A DNA stretch of 63,896 bases, filler included, from Vicugna vicugna (taxonomy: Eukaryota), in assembly GCA_013265495.1 (NCBI GenBank). It is 71 parts of 69 records of this genome, joined end to end, with 100 filler letters (N's around TTAATTAATTAA, not from the genome) between each part and the next. Parts side by side here need not be neighbours in the genome. Positions count along the whole stretch, not along the records: positions 1 to 897 come from MU057731.1; positions 998 to 1,860 come from MU057732.1; positions 1,961 to 2,739 come from MU057735.1; positions 2,840 to 3,989 come from MU057738.1; positions 4,090 to 5,316 come from MU057739.1; positions 5,417 to 6,088 come from MU057740.1; positions 6,189 to 6,947 come from PNXW01001578.1; positions 7,048 to 7,831 come from PNXW01001579.1; 63 more parts are not named here. One strand, given 5' to 3'. This document shows, one piece after another, positions 1-12,469 of the stretch. Position numbers and translations under genes: made by a program. The notes below the pieces were generated by a model. That model saw nothing but the letters and a program-made list of their open reading frames with translations, had not been told where the DNA came from and made no database searches. Every line of letters starts with the position of its first letter. Within the stretch, counting starts at the first letter, position 1.

Positions 1-123
1 TTGCTCTTCCCTCCCCTCCACTCAGGCATCCATTTGGAGGGATCATTACTTGAGCTGCAATGAAGCCAGTAAGAGGAGAGCAAGCCCCTCCTAGAATCAG
101 AGTTCCTCTAGCTTCATCCTCTG

Positions 124-319
124 TGAACAACAGGGAACCCCATAAAGGTCAAATACTCTCGTATGAAATAGATAGGAATTGAATACTTAGCTCCCACAAA
201 GAAACGATGGCCTTCCGCTAGATTCAGCAAATGCTGGGTTGATGTCTTCTCTGGGGTGAAGGGAGTGTGGTAAGTGAGGGGAATCTTTGACTGAACTTGT
301 ATCTGTATTAGGCCTCCGT
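124..319. repeat. Unidentified multicopy segment, copy 1 (paralog at 18291-18485)
   Basis: TGAACAACAGGGAACCCCATAAAGG...GGCCTCCGT occurs in two scaffolds; the first ~110 bp are identical, then there are scattered substitutions and indels. Confidence 0.9.
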
Positions 320-897
320 TTTTCAAGACAGTCTAGGTAAATATTAGAAGTCAGATAGTGAACGGGATTGTAAAAGTCACCAATGACATGAAAGACACAG
401 TTTATGTGGACCGTCTTTCAATTGAGTCAAGACCCCGGTGGCAATCTATCATAGGGGTGCAGACTTGGTTGCATTCAAGTGCTTTACCCAACATGATCGG
501 ATGATTAAGCGTTCTCATCACTGATAGAAGAACACCTGGTNNNNNNNNNNNNNNNNNNNNNNNNNNNNNNNNNNNNNNNNNNNNNNNNNNNNNNNNNNNN
601 NNNNNNNNNNNNNNNNNNNNNNNNNNNNNNNNNNNNNNNNNNNNNNNNNNNNNNNNNNNNNNNNNNNNNNNNNNNNNNNNNNNNNNNNNNNNNNNNNNNN
701 NNNNNNNNNNNNNNNNNNNNNNNNNNNNNNNNNNNNNNNNNNNNNNNNNNNNNNNNNNNNNNNNNNNNNNNNNNNNNNNNNNNNNNNNNNNNNNNNNNNN
801 NNNNNNNNNNNNNNNNNNNNNNNNNNNNNNNNNNNNNNNNNNNNTTTACATACTATCTGTCTATGTTTTCCTTAGAGCTGACAAAATGCTACCGAAA

Positions 898-997
898 NNN
901 NNNNNNNNNNNNNNNNNNNNNNNNNNNNNNNNNNNNNNNNNTTAATTAATTAANNNNNNNNNNNNNNNNNNNNNNNNNNNNNNNNNNNNNNNNNNNN
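898..997. other. Synthetic scaffold-joining spacer N44-TTAATTAATTAA-N44 (first of ~70; the last has its core at 63770-63781)
   Basis: The identical palindromic 12-mer, flanked by 44 N on each side, recurs at 942, 1905, 2784, 4034 ... 63770. It gives TAA in all six frames, and the flanking sequences are unrelated. Confidence 0.99.
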
Positions 998-1860
998 CCC
1001 AACTTTGCCCCGCACACCGGACTTGGCAAGCCATCATGGAAGGCAAGTTAAGGTATTGTTTTAGAACCCAGGCATTGCTGTTAGTTGGAGGAACCTCCAC
1101 ACACTCAAGACATCTGAACCCGATTCCGTGTGTGTGCTGGAGGAGGGAAACTGAGTCCACGCATCTATATGGGGGCACAGGGATTCCCAGGTTGGGGATA
1201 TACTTTAACCACCTCCACAGCCAAAAGTTAGGAACTCGCTTATACTTGGTTTTAGAGCACAACCCCCAACTTCGCTCACACCCCGTCCAAGGAAATTACT
1301 CAGTGAAGTCAACCTAATGGATCCAATTAGATCCCAGGTGCTACTGTCAGTTGCAGGAGCCTCCCCACACTCAGGATACCAGAAAAATTCGTGTGTGTGC
1401 TGGAGGTGGGGAAACAAAGCACACACATTTTTCACGGGGCACAGTAATTCCCAGGTTGTGGGTATTAGTATAAACATCTCCACTTCCCATGGAGTGGCAC
1501 ACGCTGATTCTTCCTTTTAGAGCCCAAATCCCACTTTCAACCACACTCTGGCCTAGGCAAACCATCATGGAAGACAAGCAAAGGGATTCTATTAAAACGA
1601 AGATGCTGATTTCCCTTGGAGGAACTACCCCACCCTCATGATTCTGGAACCCAACCTACTGTGGTGGGGATGTGTGGAGCCCCACTCCACGCAGATGAAT
1701 GGGTGCTCAGGTGTTTCCCTTTAGATAGAATAAAACCCAGGTTGTCATTTGGAGTAGTCTCCCCATGCTCAGGATTCCAGAAAACTTCTTCGTGGGGTGC
1801 TGTTGGTGGAGAAAGAGAGTCCACGCAAATTTAAGTGTGCACATGTATTCCCTTCCCTTG
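998..1860 (+). repeat. Satellite B (diverged ~266-bp subunits related to A)
   Basis: The core TTAGAACCCAGG..GTTGGAGGAACCTCC..CACTCAGGA recurs at ~1061, 1327 and 1592. Confidence 0.88.
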
Positions 1861-1960
1861 NNNNNNNNNNNNNNNNNNNNNNNNNNNNNNNNNNNNNNNN
1901 NNNNTTAATTAATTAANNNNNNNNNNNNNNNNNNNNNNNNNNNNNNNNNNNNNNNNNNNN

Positions 1961-2739
1961 ATAGTGGGCATCCTTGTCTTGTCCCAGATTTTATTGGGAA
2001 GTTTTGAGTTTTTCACTGTTGAGAACTTTGCTGGCTATAGGTTTGTCATATATAGCTTTTATTATGTTGAGATATGTTCCCTCTATACCCACTTTGGTGA
2101 GAGTTTTTATCATAAATGGGTGTTGAATTTTATCAAATGCTTTTTCTTCATCGATTGAGATGATCATGTGNNNNNNNNNNNNNNNNNNNNNNNNNNNNNN
2201 NNNNNNNNNNNNNNNNNNNNNNNNNNNNNNNNNNNNNNNNNNNNNNNNNNNNNNNNNNNNNNNNNNNNNNNNNNNNNNNNNNNNNNNNNNNNNNNNNNNN
2301 NNNNNNNNNNNNNNNNNNNNNNNNNNNNNNNNNNNNNTGTTCATCAGTGATATTGGCCTATAATTCTCTTTTTTTGTAGTGTCTTTGCCTGGTTTTGGTA
2401 TCAGGGTGATGGTGGCTTCATAGAATGGGTTTGGGAGTATTCCCTCCTTTTCAATCGTCTGGAAGAATTTGAGAAGGACTGGTATGAGTTCTTCTTTGTA
2501 TGTTTGGTAGAATTCCCCGGTGAAGCCATCCATCCTGGACTTTTATTTGTAGGGAGGTTTTTAATTGCTATTTCTATATCCTTTCTAGTGATCGGATTGT
2601 TCAAGTGTTCAGTTTCTTCTTGATTCAGCTGTGGTGGACAGTATGTTTCCAGAAACTTGTCCATGTCCTCTAGGTTATCCAGTTTGGTTCCAATTAGTTT
2701 TTCATGATATTCTCGTGTGATATTCTGTATTTCTATTTT
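1961..2739 (-). mobile_element. LINE-1 ORF2 fragment (pre-RT and RT N-terminus), frameshifted
   Basis: Translation gives [69 protein letters not shown], which are canonical L1 ORF2p motifs. Confidence 0.97.
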
Positions 2740-3516
2740 NNNNNNNNNNNNNNNNNNNNNNNNNNNNNNNNNNNNNNNNNNNNTTAATTAATTAANNNNN
2801 NNNNNNNNNNNNNNNNNNNNNNNNNNNNNNNNNNNNNNNGTCCTGCACTGAGGAGAATGAATTTGGACTCAATAACACTTCTACTTACCTAGCAAGCTGG
2901 GCACTGGGTCTGAGGGCAGCTCTCCCACACACAGGGGCCTACCGTGAGCCCTTGATTATTCCCAGAGGTTGGGGTGTGGTTTACCCAGGAGGGATGGGGT
3001 CTCTACACCAACACTCAGGCAGTCTGCTCCTTCTGGGGCTCTGACATTTTACCTCCCGCTCCCTGCCAGCCCAACACTTGGGACAGTGGAGCTAAGNNNN
3101 NNNNNNNNNNNNNNNNNNNNNNNNNNNNNNNNNNNNNNNNNNNNNNNNNNNNNNNNNNNNNNNNNNNNNNNNNNNNNNNNNNNNNNNNNNNNNNNNNNNN
3201 NNNNNNNNNNNNNNNNNNNNNNNNNNNNNNNNNNNNNNNNNNNNNNNNNNNNNNNNNNNNNNNNNNNNNNNNNNNNNNNNNNNNNNNNNNNNNNNNNNNN
3301 NNNNNNNNNNNNNNNNNNNNNNNNNNNNNNNNNNNNNNNNNNNNNNNNNNNNNNNNNNNNNNNNNNNNNNNNNNNNNNNNNNNNNNNNNTACTCCCCTCC
3401 CAATTCCAGATAACTGCCTTCCCTCTGCTCCTCCTGTCCATGTGTCTCCCTCCACTTTTCCCCTCCTCCCCTCCTCCTCCCCTATTCTCCCTCCCTCGGT
3501 TCCCCTTCTCTCTCAG

Positions 3517-3690
3517 GACCCAGAGCAGATCGCTGGCCCTCCTGCTCATGCTCAGTCGCTGCCAGCTGGACCACGGTTTGGAAGCTCCAGCTCCGAGCCT
3601 GGGATCGGCCCCAATGGCTTCTCAGCTCTGTTGCCCTGTAGGCCTTTGGCTCCTGCCTGGGGCCGGGGCCTCTGGCTGTGGAAGTGCAAG
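3517..3690 (+). other. Candidate 174-bp exon in a GC/CpG-rich scaffold; gene unidentified
   Basis: A long pyrimidine tract ends in TCTCTCAG|, the donor is AAG|GTGAGG at 3691, the length is a multiple of 3, and two frames are open. Confidence 0.35.
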
Positions 3691-4089
3691 GTGAGGGGAT
3701 ATCGGGAAAGGGGTGAGGCGGCTGCGGGAGGGCGGTCGACGTGTCACAGCCCCCCAGGGCGCCAGTCAGCGTGTGTTCAGCTGGATTGCTCGGGCCAGAC
3801 CCCTCTGCCCACGCGCCACCTGCCCCGGCGCACCGGCCACAGCTGTCCAGGGACAGGTGTGCCCCTGCCGCCTCTTGGCCCAGCCGGGCTCCCCTCAGTC
3901 CGCGGCTAGCGTCCCCTTCCCCTCTCCCTCCCGCTAGTCCTCTACTCCCGGGCTTCCTCTCCTGGGCCGCCGACCCGTCCCCACCACTGNNNNNNNNNNN
4001 NNNNNNNNNNNNNNNNNNNNNNNNNNNNNNNNNTTAATTAATTAANNNNNNNNNNNNNNNNNNNNNNNNNNNNNNNNNNNNNNNNNNNN

Positions 4090-5316
4090 CGGAGACGTGC
4101 TCAGGTATCCTGATTGTGCGGAGGCTCCTCCAAAAGACAGCAGTGTCTAGGTTCTAAAAGACTCCCTTAGTTTGTATTCCCTGATGGAATGCCATGGCTG
4201 GAGTGTGGGGGAAAGTGGGGGTTGGGCTCTAAACCAAGTATAAGCGAGNNNNNNNNNNNNNNNNNNNNNNNNNNNNNNNNNNNNNNNNNNNNNNNNNNNN
4301 NNNNNNNNNNNNNNNNNNNNNNNNNNNNNNNNNNNNNNNNNNNNNNNNNNNNNNNNNNNNNNNNNNNNNNNNNNNNNNNNNNNNNNNNNNNNNNNNNNNN
4401 NNNNNNNNNNNNNNNNNNNNNNNNNNNNNNNNNNNNNNNNNNNNNNNNNNNNNNNNNNNNNNNNNNNNNNNNNNNNNNNNNNNNNNNNNNNNNNNNNNNN
4501 NNNNNNNNNNNNNNNNNNNNNNNNNNNNNNNNNNNNNNNNNNNNNNNNNNNNNNNNNNNNNNNNNNNNNNNNNNNNNNNNNNNNNNNNNNNNNNNNNNNN
4601 NNNNNNNNNNNNNNNNNNNNNNNNNNNNNNNNNNNNNNNNNNNNNNNNNNNNNNNNNNNNNNNNNNNNNNNNNNNNNNNNNNNNNNNNNNNNNNNNNNNN
4701 NNNNNNNNNNNNNNNNNNNNNNNNNNNNNNNNNNNNNNNNNNNNNNNNNNNNNNNNNNNNNNNNNNNNNNNNNNNNNNNNNNNNNNNNNNNNNNNNNNNN
4801 NNNNNNNNNNNNNNNNNNNNNNNNNNNNNNNNNNNNNNNNNNNNNNNNNNNNNNNNNNNNNNNNNNNNNNNNNNNNNNNNNNNNNNNNNNNNNNNNNNNN
4901 NNNNNNNNNNNNNNNNNNNNNNNNNNNNNNNNNNNNNNNNNNNNNNNNNNNNNNNNNNNNNNNNNNNNNNNNNNNNNNNNNNNNNNNNNNNNNNNNNNNN
5001 NNNNNNNNNNNNNNNNNNNNNNNNNNNNNNNNNNNNNNNNNNNNNNNNNNNNNNNNNNNNNNNNNNNNNNNNNNNNNNNNNNNNNNNNNNNNNNNNNNNN
5101 NNNNNNNNNNNNNNNNNNNNNNNNNNNNNNNNNNNNNNNNNNNNNNNNNNNNNNNNNNNNNGCGTGGACTCTGTATCCCCACCACCAGAACACACATGAA
5201 GAAGTTTTCTGTTGTCCTGAGTTTTGGCTGGCAATTTCAGGTGACAAAAGTGGCTGGTTTCTAATAGAATGACTTAGCTTGTAATCCCTGAGTGTTTCCC
5301 TAGGACTGACTCTGAG
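4090..5316 (-). repeat. Satellite B (gapped)
   Basis: Reverse complement of B motifs, e.g. TCCTGATTGTGCGGAGGCTCCTCCAA and CTCTAAACCAAGTATAAGCGAG. Confidence 0.85.
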
Positions 5317-5416
5317 NNNNNNNNNNNNNNNNNNNNNNNNNNNNNNNNNNNNNNNNNNNNTTAATTAATTAANNNNNNNNNNNNNNNNNNNNNNNNNNNN
5401 NNNNNNNNNNNNNNNN

Positions 5417-6088
5417 GGGATCTAAAAGTAAGTATTAGCGTGTGCCTCTCCATGGGCAGTGCAGAGGTTTAAGCAACAACCAACAACTTGGGAATTACTG
5501 TGACCCCTGAAAAATGCGTGTGACATTTCCCCACGCCCAGCACACACAGGAAGAAGTCTTCTTGGGTTCTGAGTGTGGGGAGGTTCCTCCAACATACAGC
5601 AGAAACTGGCTTTTAATAGAAAGCCTTAGCTTGACTTCCCTAAGTGATTTCCTAGGCCTCACAGTAAGCGATGGTGGGGGATGGGCTCTCAAGCCAAGTA
5701 TTAGAGACTGCATCTCTGTGGGTAGTGGAGGGTTTTAAATTACTTCCCCAAACTTGGAACACCTGTGCCCCTTAAAGTTGCGTGGAATCTGTTTTCTCTC
5801 CTACAGCACACACACGGAGATGTGCTCAGGTATCCTGATTGTGGGGAGGCTCCTCCAAATGACAGCAGCGCCTGGGTTCTAATAGAATCCCTTAGCTTGT
5901 CTTCCCTGATGGCATGCCTAGGCTGGAGAGTGGNNNNNNNNNNNNNNNNNNNNNNNNNNNNNNNNNNNNNNNNNNNNNNNNNNNNNNNNNNNNNNNNNNN
6001 NNNACCCACAACCTTAAATGTGCCCCCTGAAAGATGCTTTTATAGTTTCCCTACATCCAGCACACACGCGAAGAAGTGTTCTGGTATT
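5417..6088 (-). repeat. Satellite B
   Basis: TGAGTGTGGGGAGGTTCCTCCAA..TAATAGAA is repeated at ~266-bp spacing. Confidence 0.87.
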
Positions 6089-6188
6089 NNNNNNNNNNNN
6101 NNNNNNNNNNNNNNNNNNNNNNNNNNNNNNNNTTAATTAATTAANNNNNNNNNNNNNNNNNNNNNNNNNNNNNNNNNNNNNNNNNNNN

Positions 6189-6947
6189 TCCTGTATTCTA
6201 TAGTCTTAATTATGTGTTACATTCCATGTTAAAATTCTGTGTTCTATATTCTCTATTCTATAGAGTAAATTTTGTGCTATACATTCTATATTCTACATTC
6301 TATATTCTGCATACCGTATTCTATATTCTATATTCTGTGTTCTACAATCTATATTCTGAATTCTATATAGTATTTTGTATTCTATATTCTAAATTCTGGG
6401 TTCTGCATTCCATGTTCTAAATTCTGAGTTGTGTATTCTCTTTCCCATATTCTAAATTCTGTGTTCTACATTTTATATTCTGTATTCTATATTCTACATT
6501 CCGTATTCTATATTGTATATTCTGTGTTCTTCATTCTATATTCTATATTCTGTATACATTAGTCTGTATTCTATATTCTAAATTCTGTGTTCTGCATTCC
6601 ATATACTAAATTCTGTGTTCTATATTCTCTCTCCTATATTCTATATTTTGTGTTCTTCATTCTATATTCTACATTCTATATTCTGCATTCCGTATTCTAT
6701 ATTCTAATTTCTGTGTTCTACATTCTATAATCTAAATTCTATCTTCAGTATTCTGTATTCTGTATTCTAAATTCTGTGTTCTGCATTCCATGTTCTAAAT
6801 TCTGGCTTCTATATTCTCTATCCTCTTTTCTATATTCTGTGTTCTATAATCTATCTTGTATCTATCCTCTATATTCTGTGTTCTATAATCTATCTTGTAA
6901 ACTCTATATTCAGGGTTCTGTATTCTATATTCTAAATTCTGTGTTCT
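6189..6947 (-). repeat. Satellite C (7-bp-based AT-rich satellite)
   Basis: TTCTATA/TTCTAAA/TTCTGTG/TTCTGCA heptamers in register. Confidence 0.95.
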
Positions 6948-7047
6948 NNNNNNNNNNNNNNNNNNNNNNNNNNNNNNNNNNNNNNNNNNNNTTAATTAAT
7001 TAANNNNNNNNNNNNNNNNNNNNNNNNNNNNNNNNNNNNNNNNNNNN

Positions 7048-7831
7048 TTCCTTATGTCTCTCTGCCAGGGAATGCTAGGGGGGTTTGCAAGACTTCCCAG
7101 TGACAGAGGCTCCCTCCCCAAGTTTAGGGAAGGTATTTCTCGGACTTCCCCGAACAGATAAAACATGTGACTGAAGAGAGCTGCGTGGAGTTGTCTCTCG
7201 AGCTCCCCCACGCACTGAGAATATTTCCGGAATCCTGAGCGTGGGGAGGTTCCACCAACGGTCGACAGCGCGTGGGTTACGAATGCCTAAGCTCGTCTCC
7301 CCTGAGGTTTTTCCTAATATCTCTTTGCCAGGGAATGCTAGGAGTGTTTACAGAGTATCCAGGTGACAGAGGCTGTATCCCCAAGGTCAGGGAAGGTATT
7401 TCTCGGGCTTCCCCGAACAGGGAACACTTGTGACTGAAGAGAGCTTCGTTGAGTTGTCTCTCGAGATCCCCCACGCACTGAAAATGTATCCGGAATCCTG
7501 AGCGTGGGGATGTTCCACCAAAGGTCGGCAGCGCGTGGGTTCTAACGGAATGCCTAAGCTCGTCTCCCCTGAGGGTTTTCCTAATGTCTCTGTGCCAGGG
7601 AATGCTAGGAGTGTTTACAGAGTATCCAGGTGACAGAGGCTGTCTCCCCGAGGTCAGGGAAGGTATTTCTCGGGCTTCCCCGAACAGGGAACACTTGTGA
7701 CTGAAGAGAGCTTCGTTGAGTTGTCTCTCGAGCTCCCCCACGAACTGACAATGTTTCCGGTATCCTGAGATTGGGAGGTTCCACCGAACGTCGGCAGCGC
7801 GTGGGTTCTAACGGAATGCCTAAGCTCGTCT
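7048..7831 (-). repeat. Satellite A (267-bp monomer), ~3 units
   Basis: GAATGCCTAAGCTCGTCT at 7281, 7548 and 7814. Confidence 0.96.
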
Positions 7832-8514
7832 NNNNNNNNNNNNNNNNNNNNNNNNNNNNNNNNNNNNNNNNNNNNTTAATTAATTAANNNNNNNNNNNNN
7901 NNNNNNNNNNNNNNNNNNNNNNNNNNNNNNNAGTTCACATCAGCAGCTGGTGATGTCAAAGTCACCATTTGTACTGGTATGTAGTCCCTACATTAATTTA
8001 TATCCCTTCTACTTTGTCTGTTGTCTTCCTAGCTACACTTGCATTCAGAAGCTGGTTACCGCACTAACATTGCCTCTGTAATCAGTCCAGGATATAGGAA
8101 GTAGAGATTCAAGTGTAACCAGTCCCAGAATACTTGTCATGCCAATCTAGTGTCCAACAAAATATTCTGGCATCCCTCATCTCACCCAAAGAACCACCGC
8201 ATTACTTAGAGGTTGTAAAATTAGAGGGCTTTCTATACTGGGAAACACTGTGGCTTGTGTTAGATTTGTGATTTTAGGTTTTGCAACTAGTTACAGGCAA
8301 AAAGACACAAAGTCCACAAATTTTCTTCAAGCGTTTGGAATTTAAACTTTTATCAGATACAGAGCCGGTAGACTAACCGTAATCTATGTACATATGGTCA
8401 TATTATCAAATGATNNNNNNNNNNNNNNNNNNNNNNNNNNNNNNNNNNNNNNNNNNNNTTAATTAATTAANNNNNNNNNNNNNNNNNNNNNNNNNNNNNN
8501 NNNNNNNNNNNNNN

Positions 8515-9733
8515 GAACACAGAATTTAGATACTAGAATAGAGAATATAAAACCCAGAAATTAGTTCGTGGTATGCAGAACACAGAATTTAGAATATAGA
8601 GCACAGTATACTGAATACAGTATGCAGAATATAGAATGTAGAACACAGAATATAGAATATAGAATAGAGAATATAGAAAACAGAATTTAGAAAATGGAAT
8701 GCTGAACACAGAACTTAGAATATAGAATACTGAATAATGAATATAGAATTTAGAATATGGAATGTACTACACAGAATATAAAATGTAGAATACGGAATGC
8801 AAAATATAGAATACAGAATATAGAATGTAGAACACAGAATGTAGAATATGGAAAACAGAATACAGAACCGAGAATTTAGAACATGGAATGCAGAACACAG
8901 GTTTAGAATATAGAAAACGTAATACTAAATATACAATTTAGAATATAGAATGCAGAACACAGAATATACAATATAGATACGGAATGCAGAATGTAGAACA
9001 CAGAATATAGAATGTAGAAAACCGAATATAGAATATGGAAAACTGAATACAGAACCCAGAATTTAGAACATGACATGCAGAACACAGAATTTAGAATATA
9101 GAATACAGAATACTGAATATAGAATTTATAATATAGAATGCAGAACACAGAATATAGAATACAGAATGTAGAACCCATAATTTAGAACATGGAATGCAGA
9201 ACACAGAATTTAGATTATAGAATACCGAATACTGAATATAAAATATGAAAAAACAATGTAGAATACAGAAATTTGAATATAGAATACAGAATACTGTATA
9301 TAGAATTTAGAATATAGAATGCAGAACACAGGATTTACAATATAGAATAGAGAATATTGAACACANNNNNNNNNNNNNNNNNNNNNNNNNNNNNNNNNNN
9401 NNNNNNNNNNNNNNNNNNNNNNNNNNNNNNNNNNNNNNNNNNNNNNNNNNNNNNNNNNNNNNNNNNNNNNNNNNNNNNNNNNNNNNNNNNNNNNNNNNNN
9501 NNNNNNNNNNNNNNNNNNNNNNNNNNNNNNNNNNNNNNNNNNNNNNNNNNNNNNNNNNNNNNNNNNNNNNNNNNNNNNNNNNNNNNNNNNNNNNNNNNNN
9601 NNNNNNNNNNNNNNNNNNNNNNNNNNNNNNNNNNNNNNNNNNNATAGAATTAACAGCATATAGAATATAGAACAGAGAATATACAACCCAGAATTTAGAA
9701 TATGGAAAGTCGAACACAGAATTTAGAATATAA
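8515..9733 (+). repeat. Satellite C
   Basis: TAGAATA/CAGAATT/TAGAACA heptamer array. Confidence 0.95.
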
Positions 9734-9961
9734 NNNNNNNNNNNNNNNNNNNNNNNNNNNNNNNNNNNNNNNNNNNNTTAATTAATTAANNNNNNNNNNN
9801 NNNNNNNNNNNNNNNNNNNNNNNNNNNNNNNNNTACGTCTAACTGTGCTGCGTTCCTGAGTGATTCAGGGCAGCTGGACTTTCCTCTCACGATGACCACA
9901 CATGTGATGGGAGTCCCATCTCCACTTCTGGGGTGACAACTCCATTCTGAGGGTTAACAAG

Positions 9962-10045
9962 AAAGGCTTTGGAATCAGATAGACTTGGATTCACGTCCCA
10001 CTACGGCTGTTTTTTTATGCTATCATTCTAGGCATGCCTTTAGCT
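9962..10045 (+). mobile_element. MIR SINE fragment
   Basis: GGCTTTGGAATCAGATAGACTTGGATTCACGTCCCACT resembles the MIR head. Confidence 0.55.
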
Positions 10046-10811
10046 GGTATTTATTGAGACACTTCAGTGAATATACAGAAAGTGCACCCCGCCTTCCTCT
10101 GCCCCACTGGGAGGTGTGTCAGACAATAAAAAAGAAGTAAAGAGAACAAATGAGCAAATACTATAGCAAAGCAAATACTATAGCATGTTAGGGTGCGCTA
10201 TGAAGTGGGAACCATTGGCCATAAAGGGTCACAGAATTGTGTGTATGTGTGTGTTTGCAGGGATGGCACTGGTGCAAATTACAATTTAAAAAGAGGTCTT
10301 GATCAAATCTCTCCAGGCTTCAGTGCAGTCATGCATAACGGGGTGATATCAGTGACTCTCTCAGAGGTAAAACAGACACTGCATGTCAGGGCTGAGCTCA
10401 GATGCTGACACCCTGCAAGCATGGAACAAACGGCAGCCCTCCAAGTGAGAATGGAAAAGGACACAGTTCATTTTCTAACTCAGGGGACATCTTTGAATGC
10501 CAGTATATTCAGGGTTTCCCCCAAAGCAGCCAACTTTTAAGAGCACAGAATACCCAAACTGCACATTCTGTCACAGAAGAGCATTACCCCAGGCTTTCAG
10601 CGTGCTAAGACACAGCCACTCGTAAGCTTCTTCCAGAAAGCCAGTGAACCAGACACAATTGTAATGTTGCTACTACAGGGTCATGGAGACCAGGGGAGTC
10701 TTGAAGAGACTNNNNNNNNNNNNNNNNNNNNNNNNNNNNNNNNNNNNNNNNNNNNTTAATTAATTAANNNNNNNNNNNNNNNNNNNNNNNNNNNNNNNNN
10801 NNNNNNNNNNN

Positions 10812-12369
10812 TTCATCCACCAAACAAGGCATATATACAATTAGAAATATTTACTCAGACTTCATAGTATTTTTTTACCACCAGGTTCTTAAATCGGACA
10901 TTTGGTACCAGAAAACACTCTTTTAAGTGAATTCTCACCAATACACAATAAAGATATATTGTTTACATAACCATGGCATTCCGTATTCCGAACATGTTTC
11001 ATTCCACACGGGATCCTCAGACATGCATTTCTGAGTTGTGAACATGCACATGACTGATGTTTCAACCATAACAGGGTACATATGCACTATGAAATATTTA
11101 CTTTGACTTCAAAGCTTCTCACTTTCACCAGTTTCAAGAATCACACTTTGATCCCAGAAAAACCCTCTTGGAGCGAATTCTACCCTAGAGATATGTAATT
11201 TGAATAGATTTCATCTACATGATATTCCGTGTTATGAACATGCTACATGCATGNNNNNNNNNNNNNNNNNNNNNNNNNNNNNNNNNNNNNNNNNNNNNNN
11301 NNNNNNNNNNNNNNNNNNNNNNNNNNNNNNNNNNNNNNNNNNNNNNNNNNNNNNNNNNNNNNNNNNNNNNNNNNNNNNNNNNNNNNNNNNNNNNNNNNNN
11401 NNNNNNNNNNNNNNNNNNNNNNNNNNNNNNNNNNNNNNNNNNNNNNNNNNNNNNNNNNNNNNNNNNNNNNNNNNNNNNNNNNNNNNNNNNNNNNNNNNNN
11501 NNNNNNNNNNNNNNNNNNNNNNNNNNNNNNNNNNNNNNNNNNNNNNNNNNNNNNNNNNNNNNNNNNNNNNNNNNNNNNNNNNNNNNNNNNNNNNNNNNNN
11601 NNNNNNNNNNNNNNNNNNNNNNNNNNNNNNNNNNNNNNNNNNNNNNNNNNNNNNNNNNNNNNNNNNNNNNNNNNNNNNNNNNNNNNNNNNNNNNNNNNNN
11701 NNNNNNNNNNNNNNNNNNNNNNNNNNNNNNNNNNNNNNNNNNNNNNNNNNNNNNNNNNNNNNNNNNNNNNNNNNNNNNNNNNNNNNNNNNNNNNNNNNNN
11801 NNNNNNNNNNNNNNNNNNNNNNNNNNNNNNNNNNNNNNNNNNNNNNNNNNNNNNNNNNNNNNNNNNNNNNNNNNNNNNNNNNNNNNNNNNNNNNNNNNNN
11901 NNNNNNNNNNNNNNNNNNNNNNNNNNNNNNNNNNNNNNNNNNNNNNNNNNNNNNNNNNNNNNNNNNNNNCCTAGACATATGTAATTAGAATAGATTCCAT
12001 CAACATGGTGTTCCGTGTTCCGTACATGCTACATACATGATGGATTCGACAAACATGCATTCCTGAGTTGAGAACATGTGGATTACTGATCTTTCATCCT
12101 CTATTAATGGAAAGATTTCATCTAGACACGTGAACTCATTTGTACAAGCTTTCCCTAACACCAGTTTCGAATTCGTGCATTTTACACAGAAAAATACTTC
12201 TGGAGCGATTTCCATCAAACAGATATAGAATTTACATGAATTCCTTCAACATGGAATTCCGGGTTCCATACAAGCTACATGCATGACGAATTCGGTAAAC
12301 ATGCGTTTCTGACTTGAGAGCATCAGGATTACTGATCTTTCATCCACCAAACAAGTCATATATACACTT
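10812..12369 (+). repeat. Satellite D (~740-bp trimer of ~247-bp subunits), gapped
   Basis: Motifs TTTCATCCACCAAACAAGGCATATATAC, CATGCTACATGCATGACG and GGATTACTGATCTTTCATCC are shared with the other D scaffolds. Confidence 0.93.
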
Positions 12370-12469
12370 NNNNNNNNNNNNNNNNNNNNNNNNNNNNNNN
12401 NNNNNNNNNNNNNTTAATTAATTAANNNNNNNNNNNNNNNNNNNNNNNNNNNNNNNNNNNNNNNNNNNN

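Noticed and set aside
1991..2664. Functional reverse-transcriptase gene or a novel RT-associated system
   Set aside because: It is a standard L1 ORF2 fragment with frameshifts, and its neighbours are unlinked scaffolds.
4147..5247. Long ORFs made mostly of X (also 11200-11988, 29443-30635, 44857-45550, 59935-60926 and others)
   Set aside because: They are open only because N-runs contain no stop codons.
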